From Candidatus Hodarchaeota archaeon (GTDB lineage: Archaea > Asgardarchaeota > Heimdallarchaeia > Hodarchaeales > Hodarchaeaceae): a stretch of DNA of 38,616 nucleotides. The translations under genes were made by a program, and so were the position numbers. Of this stretch, positions 19,375-28,125 are shown in pieces (positions within the stretch are counted from its first letter, which is position 1; the number at the start of each line of letters is the position of its first letter). Location: assembly GCA_016839785.1 (NCBI GenBank), contig JAEOTQ010000020.1, forward strand, positions 1 to 38,616, given 5' to 3'. Under the pieces are notes generated by a model. It ran no database searches and had not been told where the DNA came from. It saw only the letters and a list, made by a program, of their open reading frames with translations.

Positions 19375-21209
19375 CACAAACCAAATCAGTATCTCCTTAT
19401 TCACAAAAGACTGTTCTAATTTGCAAAGGAACTGGTTGTGTTTCAAGTAAATCAGAAGATATCAGTGAAGAATTCAGGGAACAGCTGAAAAATGTAAATT
19501 TGCTAGAAAAAATAAAGGTAGATTTTACAGGCTGCCATGGATTTTGTGCACAGGGTCCCATTGTCATCATTGAACCAGAAGGTATAATGTATGCTCAGGT
19601 AAAAGTACCTCATGTAGAGAAGATTGTCACTTCACATCTCAAAGATGGGATTCCAGTTGAAGAGCTATTTTTTGTTGATCCTAAGTTAAATAAACGTATT
19701 GGAAAGTATAAAGAGATTGATTTTTACAGTAAACAAACAAGGATGATTTTAGGTAATTGTGGACATATTAATCCAGAAAATATTGATGCTTATATTGAAA
19801 CTGGGGGATATTCTGGACTGAAAAAAGCACTAGAAAAGACACCAAAAGAAATAATTCAAATAATTACAGATTCAGGGCTGAGAGGACGAGGTGGGGCAGG
19901 GTTTTCAACAGGGTTAAAATGGAAATTTTGTCATAATGCTCCTGGTAGTGAGAAGTATATCATCTGTAATGCTGATGAGGGAGATCCTGGAGCGTTTATG
20001 GATCGGTCTTTACTTGAAGCTGACCCACATAGTGTATTGGAAGGGATGATTATTGGGGCTTTTGCTATTGGTGCCTCTCATGGAATAATATATGTTCGTG
20101 CTGAATATCCTCTAGCTATCAAACGTTTTAGTCGTGCTCTTGTGACAGCGAAGGAGCAGGGATTTTTAGGTTCAAATATTCTTGGTTCTGGTTTTTTTCT
20201 TGACATTTCAGTTCATGAAGGAGCGGGAGCGTTTGTATGTGGAGAAGAAACAGCATTAATGTCTTCTATAGAGGGTCATCGTGGAAATCCAAGAACTAGA
20301 CCTCCCTTTCCTGCCACATCAGGACTCTGGGGAAAACCTACGAATATAAACAATGTTAAAACATGGGCTTCAGCAGCCTGGATCTTTAAAAACGGGTGGA
20401 AAAAGTTCCATGAGATTGGTGTAGAGAATGCTACAGGAACAGCCATCTTTTCTTTGACTGGAAAAGTAAAAAATCTGGGTTTGATTGAAGTTCCTATGGG
20501 TACTCCCCTAAAAGATATTGTGTACGAAATTGGTGGAGGAATTTTAGACGATAGAGAATTCAAAGCCGTTCAAACTGGAGGACCTTCTGGAGGATGTCTC
20601 CCACCAAGTCACTTAGATTCACCAGTCGATTATGAGACGATGGCTGCATCAGGGAGTATTATGGGATCAGGAGGAATGATTGTCCTTGATGAAACCAATT
20701 GTATGGTCAAACTTGCTCATTATTTTCTTACATTTACACAGGCTGAATCCTGTGGAAAGTGTATTCCATGCAGAATTGGCACTAGGGCGATGTTATTAAT
20801 TTTAGAGCGAATTATTAAAGGAAAAGGAGAAGATAAGGATCTTATGTTACTGGAGGAACTCGCTTATACCGTTAAGATGGGTTCTTTATGTGCCTTAGGT
20901 CAAACTGCCCCGAATCCAGTATTAACAACTCTTAAGTATTTCCGTAATGAGTATCAGTCTCATATTTTTGAAAAACGTTGTTTAGCCAAAGATTGTCAAG
21001 ACCTGATTAATTATGTCATCGATGAGGATCTGTGCAATGGATGTACAATATGTGCTCGCAATTGTCCTGTCAGTGCGATCACAGGGGAAAAAGGAAAAGT
21101 TCATTTCATTGACACAGCAGTATGTGTCACTTGTGGTATCTGTCATTCAAGCTGTCCAAAAACGGCTATCTTTAAACAAGATAGGCCTCATGAGGTGGTG
21201 TTGGAATGA
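19371..21209 (+). CDS. nuoF: NuoF/HydB-like FMN/NADH subunit, bifurcating type
   Basis: N-terminal thioredoxin-like [2Fe-2S] domain, LRGRGGAGF, NADEGDPGAFMDR, CGEETAL, GGPSGG, ESCGKCIPCR, C-terminal 2x[4Fe-4S]; ATGA overlap with the previous gene. Confidence 0.93.
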   Translation: MTQTKSVSPYSQKTVLICKGTGCVSSKSEDISEEFREQLKNVNLLEKIKVDFTGCHGFCAQGPIVIIEPEGIMYAQVKVPHVEKIVTSHLKDGIPVEELFFVDPKLNKRIGKYKEIDFYSKQTRMILGNCGHINPENIDAYIETGGYSGLKKALEKTPKEIIQIITDSGLRGRGGAGFSTGLKWKFCHNAPGSEKYIICNADEGDPGAFMDRSLLEADPHSVLEGMIIGAFAIGASHGIIYVRAEYPLAIKRFSRALVTAKEQGFLGSNILGSGFFLDISVHEGAGAFVCGEETALMSSIEGHRGNPRTRPPFPATSGLWGKPTNINNVKTWASAAWIFKNGWKKFHEIGVENATGTAIFSLTGKVKNLGLIEVPMGTPLKDIVYEIGGGILDDREFKAVQTGGPSGGCLPPSHLDSPVDYETMAASGSIMGSGGMIVLDETNCMVKLAHYFLTFTQAESCGKCIPCRIGTRAMLLILERIIKGKGEDKDLMLLEELAYTVKMGSLCALGQTAPNPVLTTLKYFRNEYQSHIFEKRCLAKDCQDLINYVIDEDLCNGCTICARNCPVSAITGEKGKVHFIDTAVCVTCGICHSSCPKTAIFKQDRPHEVVLE

Positions 21210-22816
21210 GCAAATGGATGAACATAAATGGGAGGCGTGTCGTATTTGAAGAAGGAGAGACTGTACTAGAAGTTGCCACAAAAGCAGGAATTTACATTCC
21301 CACACTCTGTGCAAGGCCCGATTTACCTTCATTTGGAGCATGTAGATTATGCATTATCGATGTCGAGGGAGCTCGAACATATCCAAATTCCTGCACTTTG
21401 CCTGCTAGAGAGGGAATGGTTGTAAGAACTGCGACACCAGATTTGCAAGCTGTCCGTAGAAATGTTTTTCAGCTAATTCTTGCTGAACACCCTAGTTATT
21501 GCATTATCTGTAAAGAACACGACGAATGTGAAAAAGTACGTCATGGGGAATATAAGGCTGGGAGAGTTATTGGATGTTTTACTTGTAGTAATAAAGAAAT
21601 TTGTGAAATTCGTGAGATTTCAGAATATTTAAGAATCAAAGAAATTCGCTATCCGATGCTTTATAAAAATCTACCGTTGGAACGTGATGATCCTTTTCTT
21701 GTAAGAGACTATAATCTTTGTATTTTATGTGCTCGTTGTATCCGAGCATGTCAGGACGTTCTGGGTTACAGTGCCATTGATTTAACAAAGCGTGGTCATG
21801 ATACTAAAGTTGGGACGATTTCAGAGGTGTCTCACCTAGAAAGTGGGTGTGTATTCTGTGGTCATTGTATTGATGTGTGCCCAACAGGAGCCCTCATTGC
21901 CCGTGGTTCAACTTGGTTTGGAAAACCTGATAAATCTGTTACAACTACTTGCAATCTTTGTTCGCACGGATGTCAAATGGTGATTGATGTAAAATGGGAC
22001 AAAGTAGTAAATGTCCATCCCCCATATGAACTGTCTGCTCGGCGTGAATATTGTGTAAAAGGTCGTTTTTGCATTCCTGCCTTAGTGAATGGTCGAGATC
22101 GTCTTAAATACCCAACTATTAAACGGAAATTGATCAAAGAAGAACAACATCCTGTTTCATGGGATGAAGCAATTTCTTACACAGCTGAGAAGTTAAAATC
22201 CTTTAAACCAGAGGAAATTGGGATTATTATTGCTCCATCGTTAACTGATGAATCTGTGTTTATTTTGTCGAAATTTGCTCAGAAAGTCAGTACTAATTCA
22301 ATCGTATATGATGAGGAAGGAATTATGAGTTTACAATCTCAGGGAGTCAAAGCATATGTTACAACTTTCAATTCGAAAATATTTTCTAAACTTGAAGGTT
22401 TAGAATTCCTCGTACTCCAAGATATATATGAATCGATTACTTCTGAATCTGCGGAAGTCGTTCTTCCTACAACAGTATTTACTGAAGAAGATGGAACAAA
22501 ATCAGGGGAGGAATACATGAGATATTCAATAAATAAAGCAGTTGAACCGCCTGGTGAGGCACTTCCCAGCTGGGCTATCTTCTGTCGCATAGCTCAATCG
22601 ATGGAATTAGAAGGGTTCAGTTATAATTCAATTGAGGAATTGAAAGATGAAATTATGAATTCAGAACCTTTAGATATACCCAAAATCTCAAAACAAAACC
22701 TTGAATATATGGGAATTCCTCTAACTGAAAAAGTTGAGGAATTTAGACTTTACATTACTACTAAACGGGCTATCAATCAATCAGAAGGAAAAGGTGAAGT
22801 AGATGTCCAAATTTGA
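21206..22816 (+). CDS. NuoG/FdhA-like polyferredoxin subunit with truncated molybdopterin-binding domain
   Basis: [2Fe-2S] (GACRLC), H-x3-C-x2-C-x5-C, CILCARC..AC, CVFCGHCIDVCP, CNLCSHGC...CVKG, remnant LQDIY..ITSESAEVVLP; no H-cluster motifs. Confidence 0.85.
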   Translation: MSKWMNINGRRVVFEEGETVLEVATKAGIYIPTLCARPDLPSFGACRLCIIDVEGARTYPNSCTLPAREGMVVRTATPDLQAVRRNVFQLILAEHPSYCIICKEHDECEKVRHGEYKAGRVIGCFTCSNKEICEIREISEYLRIKEIRYPMLYKNLPLERDDPFLVRDYNLCILCARCIRACQDVLGYSAIDLTKRGHDTKVGTISEVSHLESGCVFCGHCIDVCPTGALIARGSTWFGKPDKSVTTTCNLCSHGCQMVIDVKWDKVVNVHPPYELSARREYCVKGRFCIPALVNGRDRLKYPTIKRKLIKEEQHPVSWDEAISYTAEKLKSFKPEEIGIIIAPSLTDESVFILSKFAQKVSTNSIVYDEEGIMSLQSQGVKAYVTTFNSKIFSKLEGLEFLVLQDIYESITSESAEVVLPTTVFTEEDGTKSGEEYMRYSINKAVEPPGEALPSWAIFCRIAQSMELEGFSYNSIEELKDEIMNSEPLDIPKISKQNLEYMGIPLTEKVEEFRLYITTKRAINQSEGKGEVDVQI

Positions 22817-23693
22817 GATCCTAAAGAAAGAAGAATTTGTACCCAATTTTTATAAGCTAGATATCGCTGTACCTGGTATAGCTAAGAAAGCTAAAGCAGG
22901 TCAATTTATTTTAGTGATGGTGGATAAGCAATCAGAGAAGATTCCATTAACTATATTAGATTGGGATGAAGAAAAGGGTACAATTTCTTTTATTGTCCAA
23001 GAATTAGGTTTATCTACTTCAAAGATGGCATTTATGGAGGAAGGAGATTCATTCTATAGTATTGTTGGTCCATTGGGAGAACCAGCCTACTTGGAAAACT
23101 TTGGGACCGTTGTATTAGGAGGAGGATGTTACGGTGTTGGAGCAGTCTTTCCAATAGCAAAAGGCCTTAAGGCACTTGGAAACTATGTTATAACGATAAT
23201 TGAGGCCAAAAATGAAAATCTCCTGTATTATGAAGAGGAATATAAGACTGTAAGTGATGAAGTCATTCTCGTGACTACTGATGGATCTAAAGGGGAACGT
23301 GGGCATATTTACGACGTTCTCGACAATATGATTGAAGTGCAGAAGCGTAAAATTGATCATATTAAAGTCATTGGCTGTAATGTCATGATGAGTAAGGTGT
23401 CAAAGCTTACAAAAGAGAAGGGAGCTATCCCAACCTATGCAACTGTTACTACAATTATGGTTGATGGAACAGGTATGTGTGGAAGCTGTCGATTATCCTA
23501 TGACGGGAAAACAAAATTTGCTTGTGTAGATGGACCAGAATTTGATGCTCACAAAATAGATTGGGATGAATTAATACACGTTCGGAATACCTCCTATATT
23601 ACAGAAGAAACATTGGGTTTACAGAATTTTTCTCCTGAATGTCGTTCTCTAGCTAAATATCAGGAAAGAACAAAGGAAGAGGAAGCATCATGA
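22803..23693 (+). CDS. nfnA: NfnA/SudB (NADH-dependent reduced ferredoxin:NADP oxidoreductase small subunit)
   Basis: AGQF..., EKIPLTI.D, GPLGEP, GGGCYG, MVDGTGMCGSCR...FACVDGPEFD. Confidence 0.92.
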   Translation: MSKFEILKKEEFVPNFYKLDIAVPGIAKKAKAGQFILVMVDKQSEKIPLTILDWDEEKGTISFIVQELGLSTSKMAFMEEGDSFYSIVGPLGEPAYLENFGTVVLGGGCYGVGAVFPIAKGLKALGNYVITIIEAKNENLLYYEEEYKTVSDEVILVTTDGSKGERGHIYDVLDNMIEVQKRKIDHIKVIGCNVMMSKVSKLTKEKGAIPTYATVTTIMVDGTGMCGSCRLSYDGKTKFACVDGPEFDAHKIDWDELIHVRNTSYITEETLGLQNFSPECRSLAKYQERTKEEEAS

Positions 23694-25423
23694 AATCTAA
23701 AGAACGAATGCAGATTCCTTTTACAGATATGCCTACCCAACCTCCCCAGGTTCGTGCTAAGAATTTCCGTGAAGTGCCCTATGGTTATTCTGAAGAAATG
23801 GCTATCCAGGAAGCAAATCGATGTCTGAACTGTAAGAAACCTAAATGTGTCGAGGGGTGCCCTGTTCGTGTTCCCATCCCCGAATTCATCTCTTTGGTAC
23901 AAGAAGGTAAGTTTTTAGAAGCAGCATGGAAAATCAAAGAGCGAAACGTTCTTCCTGCTGTTTGTGGGCGCGTGTGTCCTCAGGAGACTCAATGTGAAGC
24001 GCAATGCATAAGAGGTAAAAAAGGGAGATCTGTCGGTATTGGTAATCTCGAGAGGTTTGTTGCAGATTATGAAAGACTTAGTGGGCATATTCCTGAACCA
24101 ATACGAGTAAGCAAAAATGGAAAAAAGGTCGCAATTGTCGGGAGTGGCCCGTCAGGTTTAACGACTGCTGGAGATTTGATTTTACAGGGATATGAAGTTA
24201 CAGTATACGAGGCATTTCACCTTGGAGGAGGGGTTCTTGTTTATGGTATTCCTGAATTCAGGTTACCAAAATCTGTAGTCCAGTTTGAAATTCAGAATTT
24301 AGAGAATGCTGGGGTTAAGTTTGTCTATGATTCAGTCATTGGGAGAATTCGAGGGATAGATGAATTGTTTACAGAAGATGGATATGATGCAGTTTATGTT
24401 GGGGTTGGAGCTGGATTACCTGTCTTTATGAATATTCCTGGTGAAAATTTACAAGGGGTCTATTCAGCGAATGAGTATTTGACGCGTTCAAACTTGATGA
24501 AAGCGTATCTTTATCCCGAATATAATACACCATTACTTACTGGAAAGAATGTAGTTGTAGTAGGTGGAGGAAATGTTGCTATGGATTCAGCCCGTACTGC
24601 CTTACGATTAGATGCTGATAATGTATATATCGTCTACCGTCGATCTAGAGAACAAATGCCTGCTAGGTTAGAAGAAGTTCATCATGCAGAGGAAGAAGGA
24701 ATCCAATTTCGACTACTTTCTAATCCAGTAGAGATCATGGGTGATGAAAAAGGACGAATTGAATCTATCAGATGTCAACGATATGAACTTGGAGAACCTG
24801 ATAAGTCAGGTCGGGCACGCCCCGTCCCGATAGAGGGAGATTATTTTGTGCTCAATTCGGATCTGATTATCATAGCAATAGGCAATAAAGCTAATCCTCT
24901 TATAACGATGACCACACCCGATTTAGAGGTAAATAAATGGGGAAATATTGTAACTGACGAACTAGGAAGAACAAGTAAGCCATTTGTATACGCTGGTGGG
25001 GATATAGTAACTGGAGCTGCAACAGTGATTTCTGCAATGGGCGCTGGACGACGTGCAGCAATGGCCATTCATGAAGATCTTTTTCCAACAACTGAAGTAA
25101 AGACAGAGGGCTTTACTATTCCTAAAGAGACATTAGAAATAAAGCATGCAGCAATTTATCCAAAAACGGTCTATTTAAGACTTAATTTAATTAATTCTTC
25201 AGAGAAAGAGCTTGACCAAGTCAAAATTCGTATTTCTCATGTTCATGATTTCTTTGAAACAACTATGTTTGAAACAACTATCCCTCGCTGGTCGCCTGGC
25301 GAAGAACACGAATTTGATTGTCCTCGTATAGATAAAAACGAGAAAGAATATCTGATTACGATTAATGACCTACATGGTAAAATTATGTCAAAAATTATTG
25401 TTGCTGAGGAAGTAAAAAGATAA
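23690..25423 (+). CDS. nfnB: NfnB/SudA large subunit with an extra ~110-aa C-terminal extension
   Basis: CLNCKKPKCVEGCP, CGRVCPQETQC, GSGPSG, GIPEFRLPK, GGGNVAMD, YRR, GGDIVTGAATV; the core ends near 25085, then a beta-rich extension follows. Confidence 0.92.
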   Translation: MKSKERMQIPFTDMPTQPPQVRAKNFREVPYGYSEEMAIQEANRCLNCKKPKCVEGCPVRVPIPEFISLVQEGKFLEAAWKIKERNVLPAVCGRVCPQETQCEAQCIRGKKGRSVGIGNLERFVADYERLSGHIPEPIRVSKNGKKVAIVGSGPSGLTTAGDLILQGYEVTVYEAFHLGGGVLVYGIPEFRLPKSVVQFEIQNLENAGVKFVYDSVIGRIRGIDELFTEDGYDAVYVGVGAGLPVFMNIPGENLQGVYSANEYLTRSNLMKAYLYPEYNTPLLTGKNVVVVGGGNVAMDSARTALRLDADNVYIVYRRSREQMPARLEEVHHAEEEGIQFRLLSNPVEIMGDEKGRIESIRCQRYELGEPDKSGRARPVPIEGDYFVLNSDLIIIAIGNKANPLITMTTPDLEVNKWGNIVTDELGRTSKPFVYAGGDIVTGAATVISAMGAGRRAAMAIHEDLFPTTEVKTEGFTIPKETLEIKHAAIYPKTVYLRLNLINSSEKELDQVKIRISHVHDFFETTMFETTIPRWSPGEEHEFDCPRIDKNEKEYLITINDLHGKIMSKIIVAEEVKR

Positions 25424-25432
25424 ATACCAAGA

Positions 25433-25831
25433 TTATCCGAGTTCAAGAGTATTAAATGCAGAAATAATGTCATGAGTAGTGATGATTCCTACTAATTCAT
25501 GAGAGTCTGAATCCTTGACTGGGATCCGCTTAATCTTTTTTCGATACATCGTGATTAATGCATGTTCAATGGTATCCTCTGGAGCAATAGTAATGAGATC
25601 TCTTGTTGCAATTTCTTTTGCCTGTACTTCACACAAGTCTCTGCAATCGGTAATTACTTTTCGTACAATATCTCGTTCTGTTATTATTCCAAACACAGTG
25701 GAATCTTCATAAACCAGTATGGAACCAATGTTTTTCTCTATCATCATTTTTGAAGCATATATCACACTCTTATCCCCGCTAATAGTAATTAAATCCCTTG
25801 TCATCAAGTCTTTAACTCTTGTTAAGTTCAA
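25433..25831 (-). CDS. Stand-alone CBS-pair (Bateman module) protein
   Basis: VKDLMTRDLITI, GIITERDI, IKRIPV, VGIITTHDI. Confidence 0.92.
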   Translation of the reverse strand: MNLTRVKDLMTRDLITISGDKSVIYASKMMIEKNIGSILVYEDSTVFGIITERDIVRKVITDCRDLCEVQAKEIATRDLITIAPEDTIEHALITMYRKKIKRIPVKDSDSHELVGIITTHDIISAFNTLELG

Positions 25832-25848
25832 ATTCTATTCCCTTAGCC

Positions 25849-26892
25849 TTAAATTCTCTTAATTTTCAAAGTATCTTCTTCATCTTCTATTTTAAGTAAA
25901 TAACGGATCCCATCTTCAATTTCAGGTTTGAAATCAATTCCTTTAACCTCACCTTGATCCCATTTCTCAAGTTTTTTGAGGGCCTTATCCTTTCCAAAGA
26001 ATCCACGAGATTCATAGATTCGAATTGTCACATTCTTTATAGTGAAGGGAGAGGTATTTTTTAATGAAATTGCTACTAAATCTTCCCCTCTATTTATTGA
26101 TAAGATTTTGATTGTTTTCTGCCTTCCTCGGATATCTTCCGTTTTAGATTGGCCAATAACTTTGCTATCTTTACTTCTTGGAATCGCGAATCTTAATTTC
26201 TTCTTTGGAACAGATTTTGAAAGAAATTTCTTATCAACTTCAACTATCTTTTCTCGTTTTCTGTCTTTTCGAAATAACGGTTCAAGCTTACTAATTGGTA
26301 TGTTAGGAGTTAATGACTGGCAAATTTCCGTTAGCTCTTCTTCAACTAACCTTGCATTTTTTAGGGAAAAATCTTCACTGAGCTTGTTTGCAGATGATTC
26401 AAGCTGGAATCTAACGAGATAGCAGAGATGCTTGCTGAAATCTTCTTTAATTTTAGAATAAAATTCATGGAGTATTTCTTGAGCAACGAAAGAGACTTCT
26501 GAAGGAGCTTTTACTATAAGGATGAACCTTTCCTTCTGCCACTTCATTGCCTTCATACCTGACCGTTTTTTCAAGCGTTGTGTATCGCATTCAAAGAGAG
26601 TGGCTGAATATACTACTCCACTAAGTTCAAGATCCATTGTCGAGAATTTATCAGACTTAAGAAACTGATCTTGATGCCACCATGCCGGATGAATAGTTAA
26701 AATGGCCCTTTCATTTTCATTTTCCATAAGAGCCTTTGGGTAGGTAAAAAGTAACGAATGACCTTGTAATTCATCGTAAAAATAAATGAAAAATCCAAAA
26801 GAACGATCTTCTACTTGAAGATGAATCGAATCAATAGGATTTGATTTCCCATTCGGCAAAGAAATGTACTCCAAATAATCGTGAAGATACAC
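25849..26892 (-). CDS. uDENN/longin-like protein with C-terminal beta domain shared with NfnB
   Basis: GFFIYFYDELQGHSLLFTYP resembles the uDENN/longin hhxxFD-x3-G-x2-h-x3-P start; basic linker; C-terminal FF-x11-W-x3-E domain. Confidence 0.6.
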   Translation of the reverse strand: MYLHDYLEYISLPNGKSNPIDSIHLQVEDRSFGFFIYFYDELQGHSLLFTYPKALMENENERAILTIHPAWWHQDQFLKSDKFSTMDLELSGVVYSATLFECDTQRLKKRSGMKAMKWQKERFILIVKAPSEVSFVAQEILHEFYSKIKEDFSKHLCYLVRFQLESSANKLSEDFSLKNARLVEEELTEICQSLTPNIPISKLEPLFRKDRKREKIVEVDKKFLSKSVPKKKLRFAIPRSKDSKVIGQSKTEDIRGRQKTIKILSINRGEDLVAISLKNTSPFTIKNVTIRIYESRGFFGKDKALKKLEKWDQGEVKGIDFKPEIEDGIRYLLKIEDEEDTLKIKRI

Positions 26893-26966
26893 AAATACAA
26901 AATGATTTACATTTCCTTTAAAAATTTAGGATTTAACATTTTCTTGTGGCTATTTTATAACTATGT

Positions 26967-27917
26967 TTATGCAGGTTCAATATCCAATGATTTAATTGCC
27001 ACAGTTTGATTCTTACTACTGATTTTTAGCATGTAGCTTTCCAATTTTGAAGATCGAGGGAATTCAAGAATTAAATCTTCCTTAGTAGGCCATTCCTCAA
27101 GATTTTGCTCCCACAAATTCTCACTGAAAAACTCCGTCTTCTTGGAAACTTTTATCTTAACTTCTTCTAACGTCTCTGTTTGATTAACTAAAATGACTAA
27201 AACTTCATCGGCACTCTCTTCAGTGCTTAATATCCGCATTGTAACTGATTCTTTAAAAAAACTCTTTTCAGGAGACTTTTTATCTAGAGAGTGCAAAGAG
27301 GATTTTGAGATTGATAGATTTTGAGAAGAAAAGAATATTCTGGTTTCAGTTAATTTGTTTCCAAGATTTTCCCATAGCGTTTGGAGGGATTTACCAATTT
27401 TAGCTGCCTTATCCGAATATTGCAAATACTTCCGTCTTTTAGTAGGATTTAACTTCAATATATGCCGTTTGTACAATACTTCGATATCTTTCCAATGATT
27501 AGTTTGCAGATCGTCTCGGAATTGTTCCAGTGCTTCTGGATGTATGAAATCCCCATCCTTCCATATTTTTAGCACGATCCCAAAAATCGGCTTTTCTACG
27601 GTACCTATAACGTCTTGTGATTGAGATTCTTGTAATTGAAGCGCTGTATAAATAAACTCTGAAATCTTCAGGTCTATACGCATAGGAATGTGTTCAACCT
27701 TCCATATGTAATGGGTTTTCAATACATTATGTTCTTCAGAGTTTTTTCGCAGTTTTGTTGGAATAGAATAAAGGATTTGTAGTCCATAGGTTGTATCGAA
27801 CGAACATAAGTAGAATCCGATCAAGCTCGAAGAAAATGAATGTGGCTTGGTTGATTTTTCCAGCTCCGTAGAATTCGTACTAAAAGGATCTATATTCATT
27901 GTATTTGCTGCCATCAA
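26967..27917 (-). CDS. uDENN/longin-like protein with C-terminal beta domain shared with NfnB (paralog of 25849-26892)
   Basis: GFYLCSFDTTYGLQILYSIP; collinear with its neighbour over both domains. Confidence 0.6.
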   Translation of the reverse strand: MMAANTMNIDPFSTNSTELEKSTKPHSFSSSLIGFYLCSFDTTYGLQILYSIPTKLRKNSEEHNVLKTHYIWKVEHIPMRIDLKISEFIYTALQLQESQSQDVIGTVEKPIFGIVLKIWKDGDFIHPEALEQFRDDLQTNHWKDIEVLYKRHILKLNPTKRRKYLQYSDKAAKIGKSLQTLWENLGNKLTETRIFFSSQNLSISKSSLHSLDKKSPEKSFFKESVTMRILSTEESADEVLVILVNQTETLEEVKIKVSKKTEFFSENLWEQNLEEWPTKEDLILEFPRSSKLESYMLKISSKNQTVAIKSLDIEPA

Positions 27918-28125
27918 GTATTTGCAAATGAATCATTGAATTAGTCAATTTGAATCTCTTTGCGTTCTATTTCTGTTTTAACTTCAAAAATCTTGGTATA
28001 TTCATGATTGTGAACGAGAATATCTATTAAATACCTGATTGTTTATCGCAATAACTGAGCGACAATTACCTTTATTCACCTAGATCATCATATTAAAACA
28101 AAATATTTCATTAGATCAGGCATGA

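Noticed and set aside
21206-22816. [FeFe]-hydrogenase HydA or formate dehydrogenase catalytic subunit
   Set aside because: No H-cluster motifs (TSCCP, MPC, EXMAC). The molybdopterin domain is heavily deleted, with no catalytic Cys/Sec region and no in-frame TGA suggesting selenocysteine.
18877-22816. Respiratory complex I
   Set aside because: No membrane or NuoBCD subunits nearby; the NuoF has HydB-type extra clusters.
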